Made by a program: the position numbers and the translations under genes. The notes under the pieces are model-generated. The model ran no database searches. It worked only from the letters and a program-made list of their open reading frames with translations, and was not told where the DNA came from. This document shows positions 1 to 10,052 of a stretch of 64,000 nucleotides of DNA, one piece after another (position 1 is the first letter of the stretch; every line of letters starts with the position of its first letter). Location of the stretch: positions 123,811 through 187,810 of the forward strand of contig JAYKHS010000014.1 in NCBI GenBank assembly GCA_035285865.1, read 5' to 3'. The stretch comes from Candidatus Sericytochromatia bacterium (lineage in GTDB: Bacteria > Cyanobacteriota > Sericytochromatia > S15B-MN24 > VGJW01).

Positions 1-942
1 ATGCAGGCTCTGGTAGCGATTGCCCTTGGGCATCGCGATATAGTCCTTGAAACGGCCCGGCAAGGGCAGCCATCGCGTGTGGACGAGGCCCAGCGCGTGG
101 TAGCAGTCGGGAATGGTGTCGACGATGACGCGCAGGGCCGTCACGTCGAAGAGGTCGGCGAAATCCTTGCCCTGGGAGGTCATCTTGTTCCAGATGCTGT
201 AGAAGTGCTTGGGCCGTCCCAGCACCTTGCCACGGATGCCCGCAGCCTCAAGATCGGCCTCGATCTGACCGACGATCTCGCGCAGCTTGGCTTCGCGTTC
301 GTCACGCTTCTCGGCCACGAGGCCCGTGATGCGGGCGTACTCGTCGGCATGTAGCCAGCGGAAGCAGAGGTCCTCGAGCTCCCATTTGAGCTTTCCCATG
401 CCCAGCCGATGGGCCAGAGGCGAGAAGATGTCGAGCGTTTCCTGCGCGATCTCGACCTGCTTCTCGCGCGCCATGGGGCCAAGCGTCCGCATGTTGTGCA
501 GACGGTCTGCAAGCTTGACGACGATGACGCGGATGTCCTGGGCCATCGCGAGGAACATCCGGCGGAAGTTTTCGGCCTGCCGTTCGCGCTTGCTCGAGAA
601 GGACAGCTTGCCCAGCTTCGTTACGCCGGCGACGAGTTGGACCACCTGTTTGCCGAAGCGCTCCTCGAGCGCCGGTTCACCCACGTCGGTGTCCTCGAGG
701 ACGTCATGGAGCAGGCCTGCAGCGATGGTCGGGGCGTCGGCGCCGAGGCGCGCGAGGATCAGCGCCACCTCATAGGGGTGGACGATGTAGGGTTCGCCGG
801 ACTTGCGGGCCTGGCCCTCGTGCATCCTGTGCGCGAAGGCATAGGCATCACGCACGAGCGCGACGCCGTCCGGGGGAAGCGTGCCCTCGACGAGACCGAT
901 CAGGGCGTCGTGGGGTTCACGCGGCGGTGCAGCGGATGACAA
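1..942 (-). CDS. relA: (p)ppGpp synthetase/hydrolase RelA/SpoT family, N-terminal part; C-terminus lies beyond the window start
   Basis: Minus-strand translation gives an HD hydrolase domain (HDVLEDT, RLHNMRTL) followed by the synthetase domain (RPKHFYSIW, YQSLH). TTG start at 942 is preceded by an in-frame TGA. No stop before position 1. Confidence 0.85.
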   Translation of the reverse strand, partial: MSSAAPPREPHDALIGLVEGTLPPDGVALVRDAYAFAHRMHEGQARKSGEPYIVHPYEVALILARLGADAPTIAAGLLHDVLEDTDVGEPALEERFGKQVVQLVAGVTKLGKLSFSSKRERQAENFRRMFLAMAQDIRVIVVKLADRLHNMRTLGPMAREKQVEIAQETLDIFSPLAHRLGMGKLKWELEDLCFRWLHADEYARITGLVAEKRDEREAKLREIVGQIEADLEAAGIRGKVLGRPKHFYSIWNKMTSQGKDFADLFDVTALRVIVDTIPDCYHALGLVHTRWLPLPGRFKDYIAMPKGNRYQSLH

Positions 943-1024
943 GGTTCAGGAGTCATACCCCTGAAGCAAGCCTGCGTCACGGTCGCGGCCACCAGAATGG
1001 CCTGTTCGGGCCGGCCTTGATGGC

Positions 1025-1564
1025 TCAGTACGTCAGGATCGGGTAGATGTCGAGGCCCAGCTCGGCGACCCGCGCCCGGCCACCCAGGAAGGAGAGTTCG
1101 ACGAGGAAGGCCGCCTCGATCACGTCGCCGCCAAGCTGCCGCACCAGTTCCAGCGTGGCCGATACCGTGCCGCCCGTGGCCAGCAGGTCGTCCACGATCA
1201 GGACCCGGCTGCCGGGAGCGAGGGCATCCTCGTGGATTTCGAGGGCATCGGTGCCGTACTCGAGCGTGTAGGTCTGGCGCACGGTGCGGGCGGGCAGCTT
1301 GCCGGGCTTGCGGACGGGGACGAAGCCGCAGCCCAGCGCGTAGGCGAGCGGAGCGCCCAGGATGAACCCGCGAGACTCGATGCCCACGACGGCATCGACG
1401 CGGGAGTCGGCATGCCGCGCGGCGATGTGGTCGACGGCCGCCCGGAAGACCTCGGGCTCCTGCAGCAACGGCGTGATGTCCTTGAAGACGATCCCCGGCT
1501 TGGGGAAGTCGGGAACATCGCGGATCCGGTCCTTGAAGCGGGCGGTCAACTCAGCCGTGAGCAC
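1025..1564 (-). CDS. apt: adenine phosphoribosyltransferase
   Basis: 179 aa. PRTase motif [13 protein letters not shown] and typical Apt N-terminus ([15 protein letters not shown]). Confidence 0.9.
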   Translation of the reverse strand: MLTAELTARFKDRIRDVPDFPKPGIVFKDITPLLQEPEVFRAAVDHIAARHADSRVDAVVGIESRGFILGAPLAYALGCGFVPVRKPGKLPARTVRQTYTLEYGTDALEIHEDALAPGSRVLIVDDLLATGGTVSATLELVRQLGGDVIEAAFLVELSFLGGRARVAELGLDIYPILTY

Positions 1565-1692
1565 GTCGGGAACCTCTGGCCCCCTTCACGCGCGGAAGGG
1601 GAAGCTGCATGTTAGCCCATCCCCGGCATCCTGGTCCAAGGCGGGCGCGGTTTCGGGTTGCAGGGGGCCAGCCTTCGGGCATAGGTCAGGTG

Positions 1693-3645
1693 ATGGCCAA
1701 GTCGCGACACGGAACCCTGTCCCGCCTCGGGCTGGCAAGCCTTGCCGCCGGCGCCGCCCTGCAACTGCTGCTGGCATGCAGCACCGGAGCAGGTCTCGTC
1801 CCGTCGGTCCGGTCCGCTGCCGCCGGTACCGCGACGTTGCGCCTGGTCTGGCCCGGGACGGACCGCAACATCCAGGCTGCCTCGTTGCTTGCGCCCTCAT
1901 GGCGCCTGCGTGTCCTCCTGCCGGGAGGCAAGGAAACCCTGCTGCCCGTGACGATGGGATCGGCCGGCGATACGGCAGACATCCAAGGGCTGGAACCCGG
2001 GGAAACCGTTCTGGTGGTCCTCGAGGCCCTGGTTGAGGGCGTGCCGGTGCCTGGGGGTTCACATCGCGCGGTGCTGGCCCTCGAACCCGGTTCGACGACT
2101 GTGGCGACTTTCACCCCGTCCGGCATGGCGGTCGGCGAGGTCTACGAGACCCTGCTCAGGCGCACCGATGCGGAAACCCTGCTGGCCAGCCTGCCCGTGG
2201 CCTCGATCTCGTCTTTCGTCCGGACGGTCCATGATGCGCCTCCGACCTTGCCGACTTGGGGGCAGGTCGACGGCAAGGCTCTGGCCGAGGCCATCATCGT
2301 GCGCAACGGCGCCTTGCCGGGCGAACCGCTTGTCTTTCGCACGGGTGAAGCCACGGTCGACATCCGCATTCGCGGCATCAGTCCGGTCCTGCCCGTCACG
2401 ATGGCTGTCCTCGATCCGGCCTCGGTCCCCCAGGGGGCGGCACGCGTCAGTTTCGGCGGGCCGGACCCCCTGCATCGAATCCGGGGGGTTCGCCCCGGTT
2501 CGTGGCCGGTGCATGTCCGGGTGCATGACCTGCCGGTCGAGATGGCCACCGTGTCGGTCGCGGCGGGTGGTACGGCGCGCGTCGACATCGATCTTTCCCC
2601 GTGGCAAGCGGGGCCTCCCCTGCCCGTGCCCCTCGGTGGCGCCTGTGTGTCGGCCAATGGCGGCCGCATCTACTTGGTGGGCGGCCTGACCAAGGAACGC
2701 GAGGCGACGGATTCGGTCTGGATGCTGGATACGCTCGCCACGACGCCCGGGTGGGTCGCCCGTCGACCTGCAACGCTGCCGCGGGAAGGTGCTGCTGCCG
2801 GCTGGGTAGGCGGACGCCTCGTCGTGGCTGGTGGCGTGACGCCGAATGCACAGGGTTTCCCTGTGCCTACCCGCCGTGTCGAAGCTTACGATCCGGTGGC
2901 GGACACCTGGACCGCCCTGCCGGACATGCCGTTCGACACCTCCATCCTCACGCCTGCTGCGGGCTACGATGCCCAGGGTGTCAGCAGCCTCCTCGGGGGC
3001 GTCCTGCTCGATGCCCTCTGGATCCATGGGGCACGTGGCCTGGATGTCCTGCCCACCCCCATCCTGCGTGCCTTGCCCGCTGCTGCGGGGGCAAACTGGT
3101 TCACGCCTCCGGTGACGGGTGCGGCCTCTCCGCGCGTCCAGGCGGCGTCCATCTCCGGGGACGGTCAATGGTGGCTCATCGGTGGGCGCATGCTGCCGCC
3201 GGTACCGTTCCTGACCGGTTCGGGCCAGGCCTTCGAGGCCGGGGCTCCCCGCGAGGATGCCGAGGTGCTCGATGCGCGGGGCACCGTACCGCGCTGGCGC
3301 AGTGTGGGCCAACCGCTGGTCGAGGCGCGTGCGGAGGCGGCCGGGGTCGTCCAGAACGGCCGCCTGCTGGTTCTGGGTGGCGTGGCCTCGGCCCGCAGGA
3401 CGCTGGGTTCGGTAGAACGACTCGATCCCGGCGGGGGGCCGTGGCGTCCCGTCGGAGCGCTGCGACAACCGAGGGCCGCGCTGGGAGCCGCGATTGCCGG
3501 GGGCAAGGTCTGGGCCATCGGTGGCCTCGCCGGCAGACAAACCCTCTACTACGAGAATCCGCTCGCTGGTGGCGTCGACCTCGAGGCCTCGATCATCGCC
3601 ACGGACACTGTCGAGTTTGCCCCGGTCGGGGAGTTGGGCTTGTGA
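1693..3645 (+). CDS. Kelch-repeat beta-propeller lipoprotein, paralog A
   Basis: ATG at 1693 gives MAKSRHGTLSRLGLASLAAGAALQLLLAC (lipobox LLAC). N-terminal beta-sandwich-like region, then Kelch-type repeats in the C-terminal half (GGRIYLVGG, VAGGV..YDPVADTW, LVLGG). Confidence 0.7.
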   Translation: MAKSRHGTLSRLGLASLAAGAALQLLLACSTGAGLVPSVRSAAAGTATLRLVWPGTDRNIQAASLLAPSWRLRVLLPGGKETLLPVTMGSAGDTADIQGLEPGETVLVVLEALVEGVPVPGGSHRAVLALEPGSTTVATFTPSGMAVGEVYETLLRRTDAETLLASLPVASISSFVRTVHDAPPTLPTWGQVDGKALAEAIIVRNGALPGEPLVFRTGEATVDIRIRGISPVLPVTMAVLDPASVPQGAARVSFGGPDPLHRIRGVRPGSWPVHVRVHDLPVEMATVSVAAGGTARVDIDLSPWQAGPPLPVPLGGACVSANGGRIYLVGGLTKEREATDSVWMLDTLATTPGWVARRPATLPREGAAAGWVGGRLVVAGGVTPNAQGFPVPTRRVEAYDPVADTWTALPDMPFDTSILTPAAGYDAQGVSSLLGGVLLDALWIHGARGLDVLPTPILRALPAAAGANWFTPPVTGAASPRVQAASISGDGQWWLIGGRMLPPVPFLTGSGQAFEAGAPREDAEVLDARGTVPRWRSVGQPLVEARAEAAGVVQNGRLLVLGGVASARRTLGSVERLDPGGGPWRPVGALRQPRAALGAAIAGGKVWAIGGLAGRQTLYYENPLAGGVDLEASIIATDTVEFAPVGELGL

Positions 3646-4301
3646 CGGGACGCTTGCCCATGGCCTTGTGTACCGCGGCCCTGATTCCCCTTGCCTGCAG
3701 GCCACCGAGTTCTGCGACCGACAGCCGGCAGATCGTCATCACGCCGGCCCCCGGGCCGACCCCGGTCATCGGTGCCTCGAACGGAACGTCCGGCAGTGCC
3801 ACGCCGACCCCGGGACCCGCTCCGACAGATCCCGGTCGCACGCCGCCACCGACACCTGAACCGACGCGTCAGGTGAATCTCTGGATCGAAGTCCTGGTCG
3901 ACGACACCCCCGGCGAAACCCGGCTCGTCGTGGTTCCTGCCGATGCTACCTCGGCTTCGACGCGCATCCAGGCCCTCTCGGCGACCGACCTGAGCGTCGA
4001 TTGGGCCTTCGAGGCACCCGGGCCCGTGCCGGACGAGCGCTCGGGCAACATGAAGCCTGCAGCGACCACCGGCCTTGCCGCGACGCTCCTCGAGAGCATG
4101 TATCCCGGCGTCGGCACGGCGTCGGTCGCCCTCCGCTCGGACGCGGGGACGATCGGCACGGCGACGGCAACGACGTCGCTGGCTTCGGGCCGAAACAACG
4201 TGCTGCGCTTCGCGCTTTCGTCATCCGGGGAGATGCGCGTCGATCTGAGCGGGGATCTGCCGTGGCCAACTCCGGATGTCCGCCTGACGGTGCGCCCATG
4301 A
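3642..4301 (+). CDS. hypothetical lipoprotein with Pro/Thr-rich linker
   Basis: GTG at 3642 overlaps the upstream stop (GTGA); an alternative ATG lies at 3660. LIPLAC lipobox, then a PTPxP-rich linker and a ~130 aa C-terminal domain. Coupled to the next gene by ATGA. Confidence 0.5.
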   Translation: MTGRLPMALCTAALIPLACRPPSSATDSRQIVITPAPGPTPVIGASNGTSGSATPTPGPAPTDPGRTPPPTPEPTRQVNLWIEVLVDDTPGETRLVVVPADATSASTRIQALSATDLSVDWAFEAPGPVPDERSGNMKPAATTGLAATLLESMYPGVGTASVALRSDAGTIGTATATTSLASGRNNVLRFALSSSGEMRVDLSGDLPWPTPDVRLTVRP

Positions 4302-5875
4302 AGTTGTTTGCAAACGTCGGCCGGCCCGCCCTGCGCGGCCTGGTCTTCCTCGTCGGGTGCGTCTGGGTGGTGGCCTGCACGGCTCCGGCCAACTTGCCGA
4401 CGGCAGGCGTCGGGGGAGCGGCCGTGCGCGCGGATGAGGGGGCTCCTGCGGGTGCAACGCTGCGCATCGTGGTTGCCCTGCCTCCGGCCCTGCAGGGACC
4501 GGAGGCCGAGCGGGACACGATGGCCCTGTCCGGGTTCATCGATCGCATCGAGGCCGAGATTCGGGGGACCAACGTGCCCGGTGGGCGCCACACGGCAACC
4601 TTCACGCGCAAGGACTTCCGGGGCAAGGCTGTCGTCCTGGTCTTCGGGCGCCTCCTGCCTGGGCAGGTCACCGTCACGCTGACCTTTCTGGACCGCAGCG
4701 ACAGATTGTTGGGCAAGGCTGTCAGCGATCTCATCGAGGTCGGTCCCGCCGTGCCCGCGGAGGCCACCCTTTCCTTGATCCCCGAAGAGGGTTCGCTGAG
4801 CGTGCCCTTCGATCCGGTTACCGTCGAACCGACGACCGCCGTCAGGCTCGATGCGCGGATCCAGCCTTTCGAACAGGGGCAGTGGACTCAGGTGCCGCCT
4901 TTGTTGCTGCCCCGTACCGGGGGCAGCCTCGTCCTGCACGATGGAGCGCTGATGGCCGTGCTCGGTGCACCGAGTCCTTCGGTGGAGCGGCGTGATCCGG
5001 TCACGGGCCACTGGCGACTGGTACCTCTGCCGTCGTCCTACAGCGTGCTCGTGCGGGACGCTGCCATCCAACCCATCGCCGGAAGCCTTCACGTGTTCGG
5101 AGGTGACAGCTTTGGCGTGGATCAACCGTTCGGTTCCGGTTTGGAGATGACGCGGATTCGGCCCGAGGCGGCTTTGCCGGATCGCGTCCAGAACGTATCC
5201 CGATCCTCGGTTGCGGTTGTCCCGCAACTCGAGGGCGACCTTGCGCGTTCCGGGGCCGCGAGCTTCCTGTGGCAGGATGAGGTCGTGCTGGTCGGCGGGC
5301 GTGGGGAGCACCCGCCCGAGACGGGACTGCCGCGACACGGCTGGGTCCTTCCGGTTCACGGCAGCGCCCACGCTGCATCGCGGGGAACGTGGCGTCGCTT
5401 GGCCGGCCTGCAGTCTCCGAGAGCCGATCTGGCGGGGGCGACCGTGGACGGGCGCATGGTGGCGGTCGGCGGACGGACGCTGTCCGGAGCCACGGGGAAG
5501 GACAGGCTCCTCGGATTGCCCTGGTACGATGCCGCGACGGCGCAGTGGACAGCCGTCAGCACCGTGGAGACCTACGATCCGGTCGAAGAGCGGTGGCAGT
5601 CCGCGCCAGCCTTGCCCGAGGCACGCTGGGACCTGGCGGCCGTCGGGCATGCCGGTCGTGTCTGGGTCAGCGGTGGGCGAAACGCTTCGGGGCAACCCAC
5701 GGCCACGGTATGGAGCTGGGCACCGGGCGAGGCGTCATGGCGTCCAGAGCCTTCGATGACGCGTGTCCGGGCCAGTCACGGCATGGCGGTGGCTCCCGGG
5801 GGCCTGCTGATGGTGGCCGGGGGAGAGGGGCTGGATGCCTTCACGTCCCGGCATGTCGAGGTGATGAGGCCATGA
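4298..5875 (+). CDS. Kelch-repeat beta-propeller lipoprotein, paralog B
   Basis: ATG at 4298 overlaps the upstream TGA. Signal MKLFANVGRPALRGLVFLVGCVWVVAC. Same architecture as paralog A; Kelch-like repeats at the C-terminus (GGRTLSG..YDPVEERW, VSGGRN, MVAGGEG). Confidence 0.7.
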   Translation: MKLFANVGRPALRGLVFLVGCVWVVACTAPANLPTAGVGGAAVRADEGAPAGATLRIVVALPPALQGPEAERDTMALSGFIDRIEAEIRGTNVPGGRHTATFTRKDFRGKAVVLVFGRLLPGQVTVTLTFLDRSDRLLGKAVSDLIEVGPAVPAEATLSLIPEEGSLSVPFDPVTVEPTTAVRLDARIQPFEQGQWTQVPPLLLPRTGGSLVLHDGALMAVLGAPSPSVERRDPVTGHWRLVPLPSSYSVLVRDAAIQPIAGSLHVFGGDSFGVDQPFGSGLEMTRIRPEAALPDRVQNVSRSSVAVVPQLEGDLARSGAASFLWQDEVVLVGGRGEHPPETGLPRHGWVLPVHGSAHAASRGTWRRLAGLQSPRADLAGATVDGRMVAVGGRTLSGATGKDRLLGLPWYDAATAQWTAVSTVETYDPVEERWQSAPALPEARWDLAAVGHAGRVWVSGGRNASGQPTATVWSWAPGEASWRPEPSMTRVRASHGMAVAPGGLLMVAGGEGLDAFTSRHVEVMRP

Positions 5876-7293
5876 TGCGGGGAGTGTCCGTTGCGGTGAT
5901 GGTGTCGGCCGCGTCCGTTCTCCTCTCCGCTTGCCAGGCCGTGTCGCCATCGACCGTGTCCGCGCTGCCCTTGCCCATCATCGGCTTGGGAACCGCCGCC
6001 GATGCGCGCGACCCGGTGCTGGCGTGGCGCGCCGAGCGCGCCGAGCCGCCCCAGGGCCGTGTCCTTGCGGGAGAGTTGCTGGTGGGTATCTCCCAGCCGG
6101 GAGTCCTGCCAGCGGCGCTCGAGGGGTTGTCCGTCCGTCGCCTGCATGGCACGCGCTTCCTGATGGTCCGGACGTCGCCTGCAGCTGCGGATGATCTCGG
6201 CAGCCGCCTGCTGGCCGATCCGGACGTTCGCTGGGTGACGCGCCATCGTGCTGCGACGCCGGCAGCGGAGCCCTACTACGATGGGGATCCCTTGACGGCC
6301 TACAATCCGGCCATGCGCCTGATGAAGGTGCAAGAGGCGCTGGTGTCCATCCTCGATGCTTCCCGCGAGTGGCGCACCTCGTGCGTGGCCGTGCTGGATT
6401 CGGGTGTCCAGCGCCAGCACCCCGATCTCGTGGGCCATGTCCTCGCAGGCTTCCAGACGCACGCAGCCTTCGATCCCGACACGCCGCCGCCATCGGGAGA
6501 TTTCGACGACTTCCGTGGCTTCCACGGCACGCGCGTCGCGGGCGTGATCTCGGGCGCCGTCGCGAACGACACCGGCGCTGCCGGGATTGCGCCGGGGTGC
6601 ATCATCCTGCCGGTGATGGTCGCCGACCCGTCCACGGGGGAAATGTCGACGTTCGCCATCCTGTCCGGGATGTGGCTGGCTGCTCACCTGAATCGCCCCG
6701 AGGCCCCCTTCGGCTGGATGCAGGGTGTCGGGGACGGCACGCCGGTTCACGTGGTGTCGATGAGCCTCGGTTTCGAGGGGGTGGAGTCGCGTATCGCGGC
6801 TTTCGACGAAATGGCCGGCCTCCTGCGCCAGCGCGGGATTCTCGTGGTCGCCAGTGCCGGCAACGCAGCCGGGGGCGTGACGGCTCCCGCGAACAGCCCG
6901 GGAGTCCTTGCCGTCGGGGCCACGGTGCCACCACCCGACGTCGAGGCGCTTGCACCCTACAGCAACCATGGGGATGGCCTCGACTTCGTGGCACCCGGTT
7001 CGGGCATCTGGACGACCGACGGGGCCAACACGGCGACGGGTTTGCCGGACTATGCGAAGGCTTATGCCCGCTTCACCGGCACTTCCGCGTCCGCCCCCAT
7101 GGTGGCGGCCGTGGCAGCCCTGATCCGTGGCCGTTATGCTGAAGAACTGGCGGGTCATCCGGCGCCGGCGGACTGGATCGAGTCTCGCTTGCGCGAGAGC
7201 GCCGTGGACCTGGGCGAGCCGGGCTGGGACCCGTACTTCGGATGGGGCCGGCCGGACGCCCTGCGGGCGGTGACGGGGCCGTTCGTCCCCTGA
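5872..7293 (+). CDS. S8 family subtilisin-like serine peptidase (lipoprotein)
   Basis: ATG at 5872 overlaps the Kelch-B stop (ATGA). Lipobox LLSAC. Asp/His/Ser catalytic triad motifs VAVLDSG, HGTRVAG, GTSASAPMVAA. Confidence 0.85.
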   Translation: MMRGVSVAVMVSAASVLLSACQAVSPSTVSALPLPIIGLGTAADARDPVLAWRAERAEPPQGRVLAGELLVGISQPGVLPAALEGLSVRRLHGTRFLMVRTSPAAADDLGSRLLADPDVRWVTRHRAATPAAEPYYDGDPLTAYNPAMRLMKVQEALVSILDASREWRTSCVAVLDSGVQRQHPDLVGHVLAGFQTHAAFDPDTPPPSGDFDDFRGFHGTRVAGVISGAVANDTGAAGIAPGCIILPVMVADPSTGEMSTFAILSGMWLAAHLNRPEAPFGWMQGVGDGTPVHVVSMSLGFEGVESRIAAFDEMAGLLRQRGILVVASAGNAAGGVTAPANSPGVLAVGATVPPPDVEALAPYSNHGDGLDFVAPGSGIWTTDGANTATGLPDYAKAYARFTGTSASAPMVAAVAALIRGRYAEELAGHPAPADWIESRLRESAVDLGEPGWDPYFGWGRPDALRAVTGPFVP

Positions 7294-7353
7294 CCTCGTG
7301 CCGACGACGTTCCCCGCCTTGCGTCCCCGCAGACCGGATGGCTACCATGGGGG

Positions 7354-7965
7354 ATGCATCCTGAATCCGGTCACGACCTCGGCGAGAGCATCGAGCGCCT
7401 CGCACGCCGCCGCCGCCTCTTCACCGTCGCGATGCTCGTGATGCTCCTGACGGCTCTGCTGGGTACGTCCATCTACCCCTACATGATGGCGGACGGTCCT
7501 GCTCCGTCGCCTTCGGCGGGGGCTACTGCGGCGGATCCCTTCAAGGAACTCGAGGCCATCGTTCGGGCTCATCCCCGCGATGTCGAGGCCCTCACGGAGT
7601 TGGGCAATCGCTACTACGATGCCGAGCGCTATGGCGACGCCGAGGCCATGTACCGCAAGGTCCTGGCCGTGACGCCGGGCAATCCCTCCGTGACGACGGA
7701 TCTGGGCACGGCGCTCTTCTACCAGAAGAAGACGCTCGAGGCGATCGCCGCATGGCGGTCCGTTCTGGAGACGCATCCGCGACAGGCTCAGGCTCGGGTC
7801 AACCTTGGGCTTGCCTACCACAGCCTCGGGCAGACGCCCAAGGCCATCCGGGAGTGGGAAGTGGCCCGCGAGACGGCGACGGACGACAACGTCCGCAAGA
7901 CCGCGGAGCAGTTCCTGGCCCAGGTCCGGCCCGCAGCGGCAACATCCTCGGCCCAGCCCGGATAA
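7354..7965 (+). CDS. membrane-anchored TPR-repeat protein
   Basis: One N-terminal hydrophobic helix (LFTVAMLVMLLTALLG), then TPR-like repeats (ELGNRYYDAERYGDAEAMYRKVLAV). Confidence 0.6.
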   Translation: MHPESGHDLGESIERLARRRRLFTVAMLVMLLTALLGTSIYPYMMADGPAPSPSAGATAADPFKELEAIVRAHPRDVEALTELGNRYYDAERYGDAEAMYRKVLAVTPGNPSVTTDLGTALFYQKKTLEAIAAWRSVLETHPRQAQARVNLGLAYHSLGQTPKAIREWEVARETATDDNVRKTAEQFLAQVRPAAATSSAQPG

Positions 7966-8020
7966 GCCGCCTTCCTGCCGGCGTCATCGGCCCTCAACAT
8001 GGAGCGGGCACGGTACGTTC

Positions 8021-9019
8021 GTGTTCAGGCCTGAAGCTTCTCCGGGTAATTGCCCGCGTGTCGTCGCAGCGCTCTTCGCCGCGATGACGGTGGCTTCCTG
8101 CTGCCCCGGCATCGCGGCGCCTGTCGCGACGGGAGGGGCTGAGGAGGGAACCGATTCGGAAGCCGAGGTTGTCAGGGTCGAACCCGTGCGTGACGTCGGC
8201 ATGGGGCAGCTGGTGCCGACAGCGGGGCCTGACGACGAGCCTGCCCTGCTCGCCAGCGGGGAAGGCCGGGTCGTGCTCGCCGATCGGAAGGGGACGATGC
8301 AGCTTGATTGGCCCGACCCTGCCGAATTCCCCCACAGGGCCGGGGTCGTGTCGGCCGTGGCGTGGGATCGCGACGGCACGCTCTGGTTGGCGGGCTCGGC
8401 TGGACTGACACGCAATCGCCCGCCCGAGGCAGGGGAGGCCTGGGCGTGGAGTCTGCCCGATGGCCGCAGGCCTTCGGTCCAGGCTCTCGTGGCCGCCGAT
8501 GATGGCCTGCTGTTCGCGGCTGTCGATCACGGCGTCCTGCGCTTCGAGCCGGCGACGCGGCAGGTCCGCTGGCTCGCGGGTGGCCCCATGCCCGGCTTGA
8601 CGGATGGCGAGGGCCACGACGCTGCCTTCCGGGAGCCCGAGGGCCTGTTGCTGCACGAAGACGGCCTGCTGGTCGCCGATGCCGGCAACCACGCGCTGCG
8701 CACGGTTTTGCGATCGGGCAGGACGGCGCTGCTGCTGGGGGGCAGGCCCGGATTCATCGACGGCCCGGCCGGGCGCGCCCGGCTGCGGCAGCCTCATGGG
8801 CTCTGGCGGCATCCGCGGTGGGGCGTGCTGGTTTGCGATACGGGGAACCATGCCTTGCGCCGGCTCGATGGGCAGGGCCTGACGACCCTTGCGGGGGACG
8901 GCATGCCGGGCCGGGTTCCCGGACCGCTGCCGGATGTGCGCCTGATTGCACCTGTCGGATTGGCCGGGGACTGGCTGCTCGGGTCCGGGGGGCGACTCTG
9001 GCGGTGGGTGCCGGCATGA
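8021..9019 (+). CDS. NHL-repeat beta-propeller lipoprotein
   Basis: Repeated NHL-type units (LLVADAGNHALRTV, VLVCDTGNHALRRL). Lipobox-like VASCC. Start is uncertain: GTG at 8021 or ATG at 8084. Confidence 0.55.
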   Translation: MFRPEASPGNCPRVVAALFAAMTVASCCPGIAAPVATGGAEEGTDSEAEVVRVEPVRDVGMGQLVPTAGPDDEPALLASGEGRVVLADRKGTMQLDWPDPAEFPHRAGVVSAVAWDRDGTLWLAGSAGLTRNRPPEAGEAWAWSLPDGRRPSVQALVAADDGLLFAAVDHGVLRFEPATRQVRWLAGGPMPGLTDGEGHDAAFREPEGLLLHEDGLLVADAGNHALRTVLRSGRTALLLGGRPGFIDGPAGRARLRQPHGLWRHPRWGVLVCDTGNHALRRLDGQGLTTLAGDGMPGRVPGPLPDVRLIAPVGLAGDWLLGSGGRLWRWVPA

Positions 9020-9948
9020 TGCGCCTCGCGCGTCGTGCCGGCGCGCTGGCCCTCTGGCCGTTCGTCCTCGCGGCCTGTCCCGGTTCAGGTAGCCCCACGA
9101 GCGCATCATCTGCTGCGGTCGCTCCCCCATCGGCGGGGGCTGCGCCCTTGGTCCTGCCGGAGGTGGCCACGACGGTGCATCTCTTGCTTGAGGGCCTGGT
9201 CGCGCCCGCTGGGCTTGTCCGGATGCCCGAGGGTCTGTACGTCAGTGACGAGGCCACGGATCGGGTCTGGTTGCAGCCCTTGCCCGCGGGTGCCGCCGTC
9301 CCGATTCCCGGACCCGAATCCGGACTCGACGGACCATCGGCGCTTGCTGGGGACGAGACAGGCAACCTTTTCGTCGCGGAGCGAAGGGGGCGCCGGGTGG
9401 TCTGCCGGGACCCGGGTGGTCGCTGGATCACGGTGCTCGGCGGCGGGGACGTGCCCCCGGGCGAGGCGCCTGTCCGGGCCACGGACCTCGCGCTGGAAGA
9501 CCCGGGGGCTCTCGCGGTGGATGATGCGGGCAGCCTGTGGGTCCTCGACGCCGGCTGGCGCATGCTGGTCAGGCGTGGGGCCGATGGTCGCGCCACGGCC
9601 TGGTCGGCTCCGGGCAGCGCACCGGCGGCACTTGCCGCCCATGCGGATGGCAGCTTGCTGGTTCTCGATCCGCTGACCGGGGTGCTCTACCGCGGCCGTC
9701 CGGGGAGCTGGAGCGTCGCGGCGACCGGGCTGTCGCGCGCCGTGGGCGTGCTGGTCCATCCCCGATATCCGTGGGTCGTCCTCGAGGCCGGTGGAGCCTT
9801 GCTGCTCGGTCCGGACGGTGAGCGCCTCGAGGTTGCAGGCAGCCCACGCCCGGTTGCGGGGGCGTGGATGGACCCGTTGGGTTGGGCCGTGGCGGATGCT
9901 GCGCGGGGGGGCGTCCTGCTGCAGCAACCCCGGACGGGGGCGCGTTAG
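9016..9948 (+). CDS. beta-propeller (NHL/SMP-30-like) lipoprotein
   Basis: ATG at 9016 overlaps the upstream TGA. Signal MMRLARRAGALALWPFVLAAC. Repetitive GxLxVxD-type blades. Confidence 0.5.
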   Translation: MMRLARRAGALALWPFVLAACPGSGSPTSASSAAVAPPSAGAAPLVLPEVATTVHLLLEGLVAPAGLVRMPEGLYVSDEATDRVWLQPLPAGAAVPIPGPESGLDGPSALAGDETGNLFVAERRGRRVVCRDPGGRWITVLGGGDVPPGEAPVRATDLALEDPGALAVDDAGSLWVLDAGWRMLVRRGADGRATAWSAPGSAPAALAAHADGSLLVLDPLTGVLYRGRPGSWSVAATGLSRAVGVLVHPRYPWVVLEAGGALLLGPDGERLEVAGSPRPVAGAWMDPLGWAVADAARGGVLLQQPRTGAR

Positions 9949-10052
9949 AGCCTTCGTCCGGCACCGTGCCGGGCCCTCAGGCAGCCCTTGCGTGCGTCGG
10001 TCTGACCGGGCCGACTGGGGTCGTCCGCGCCTGCGGACAACAGGAGGTCCCG

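Noticed and set aside
2059-3705. Long antisense ORFs overlapping real genes (e.g. 2059-3705, 3869-5695, 5776-7158, 7994-9130, 12067-13503, 14222-15637, 16979-18283, 18854-20113, 21856-23211, 25876-27741, 34005-35981 on the plus strand, 38840-40963)
   Set aside because: High GC suppresses stop codons in all frames. Translations are Arg/Pro/Gly-rich low-complexity sequence with no domain signatures, and the opposite strand carries clearly homologous genes.
2601-4301. 566-aa ORF called as one protein
   Set aside because: Its first ~1 kb overlaps the Kelch gene in another frame and translates to low-complexity Arg/Gly/Cys sequence. Only the part from the GTG at 3642 (lipoprotein signal) is credible.
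4001-5875. N-terminal extension of Kelch paralog B back to 4001 (and similar upstream extensions for 5389-7293, 8818-9948, 9864-11129, 15393-16820)
   Set aside because: The extended regions overlap the 3' ends of upstream genes. Signal peptides and lipoboxes appear right after the internal starts, which also form ATGA/GTGA couplings.
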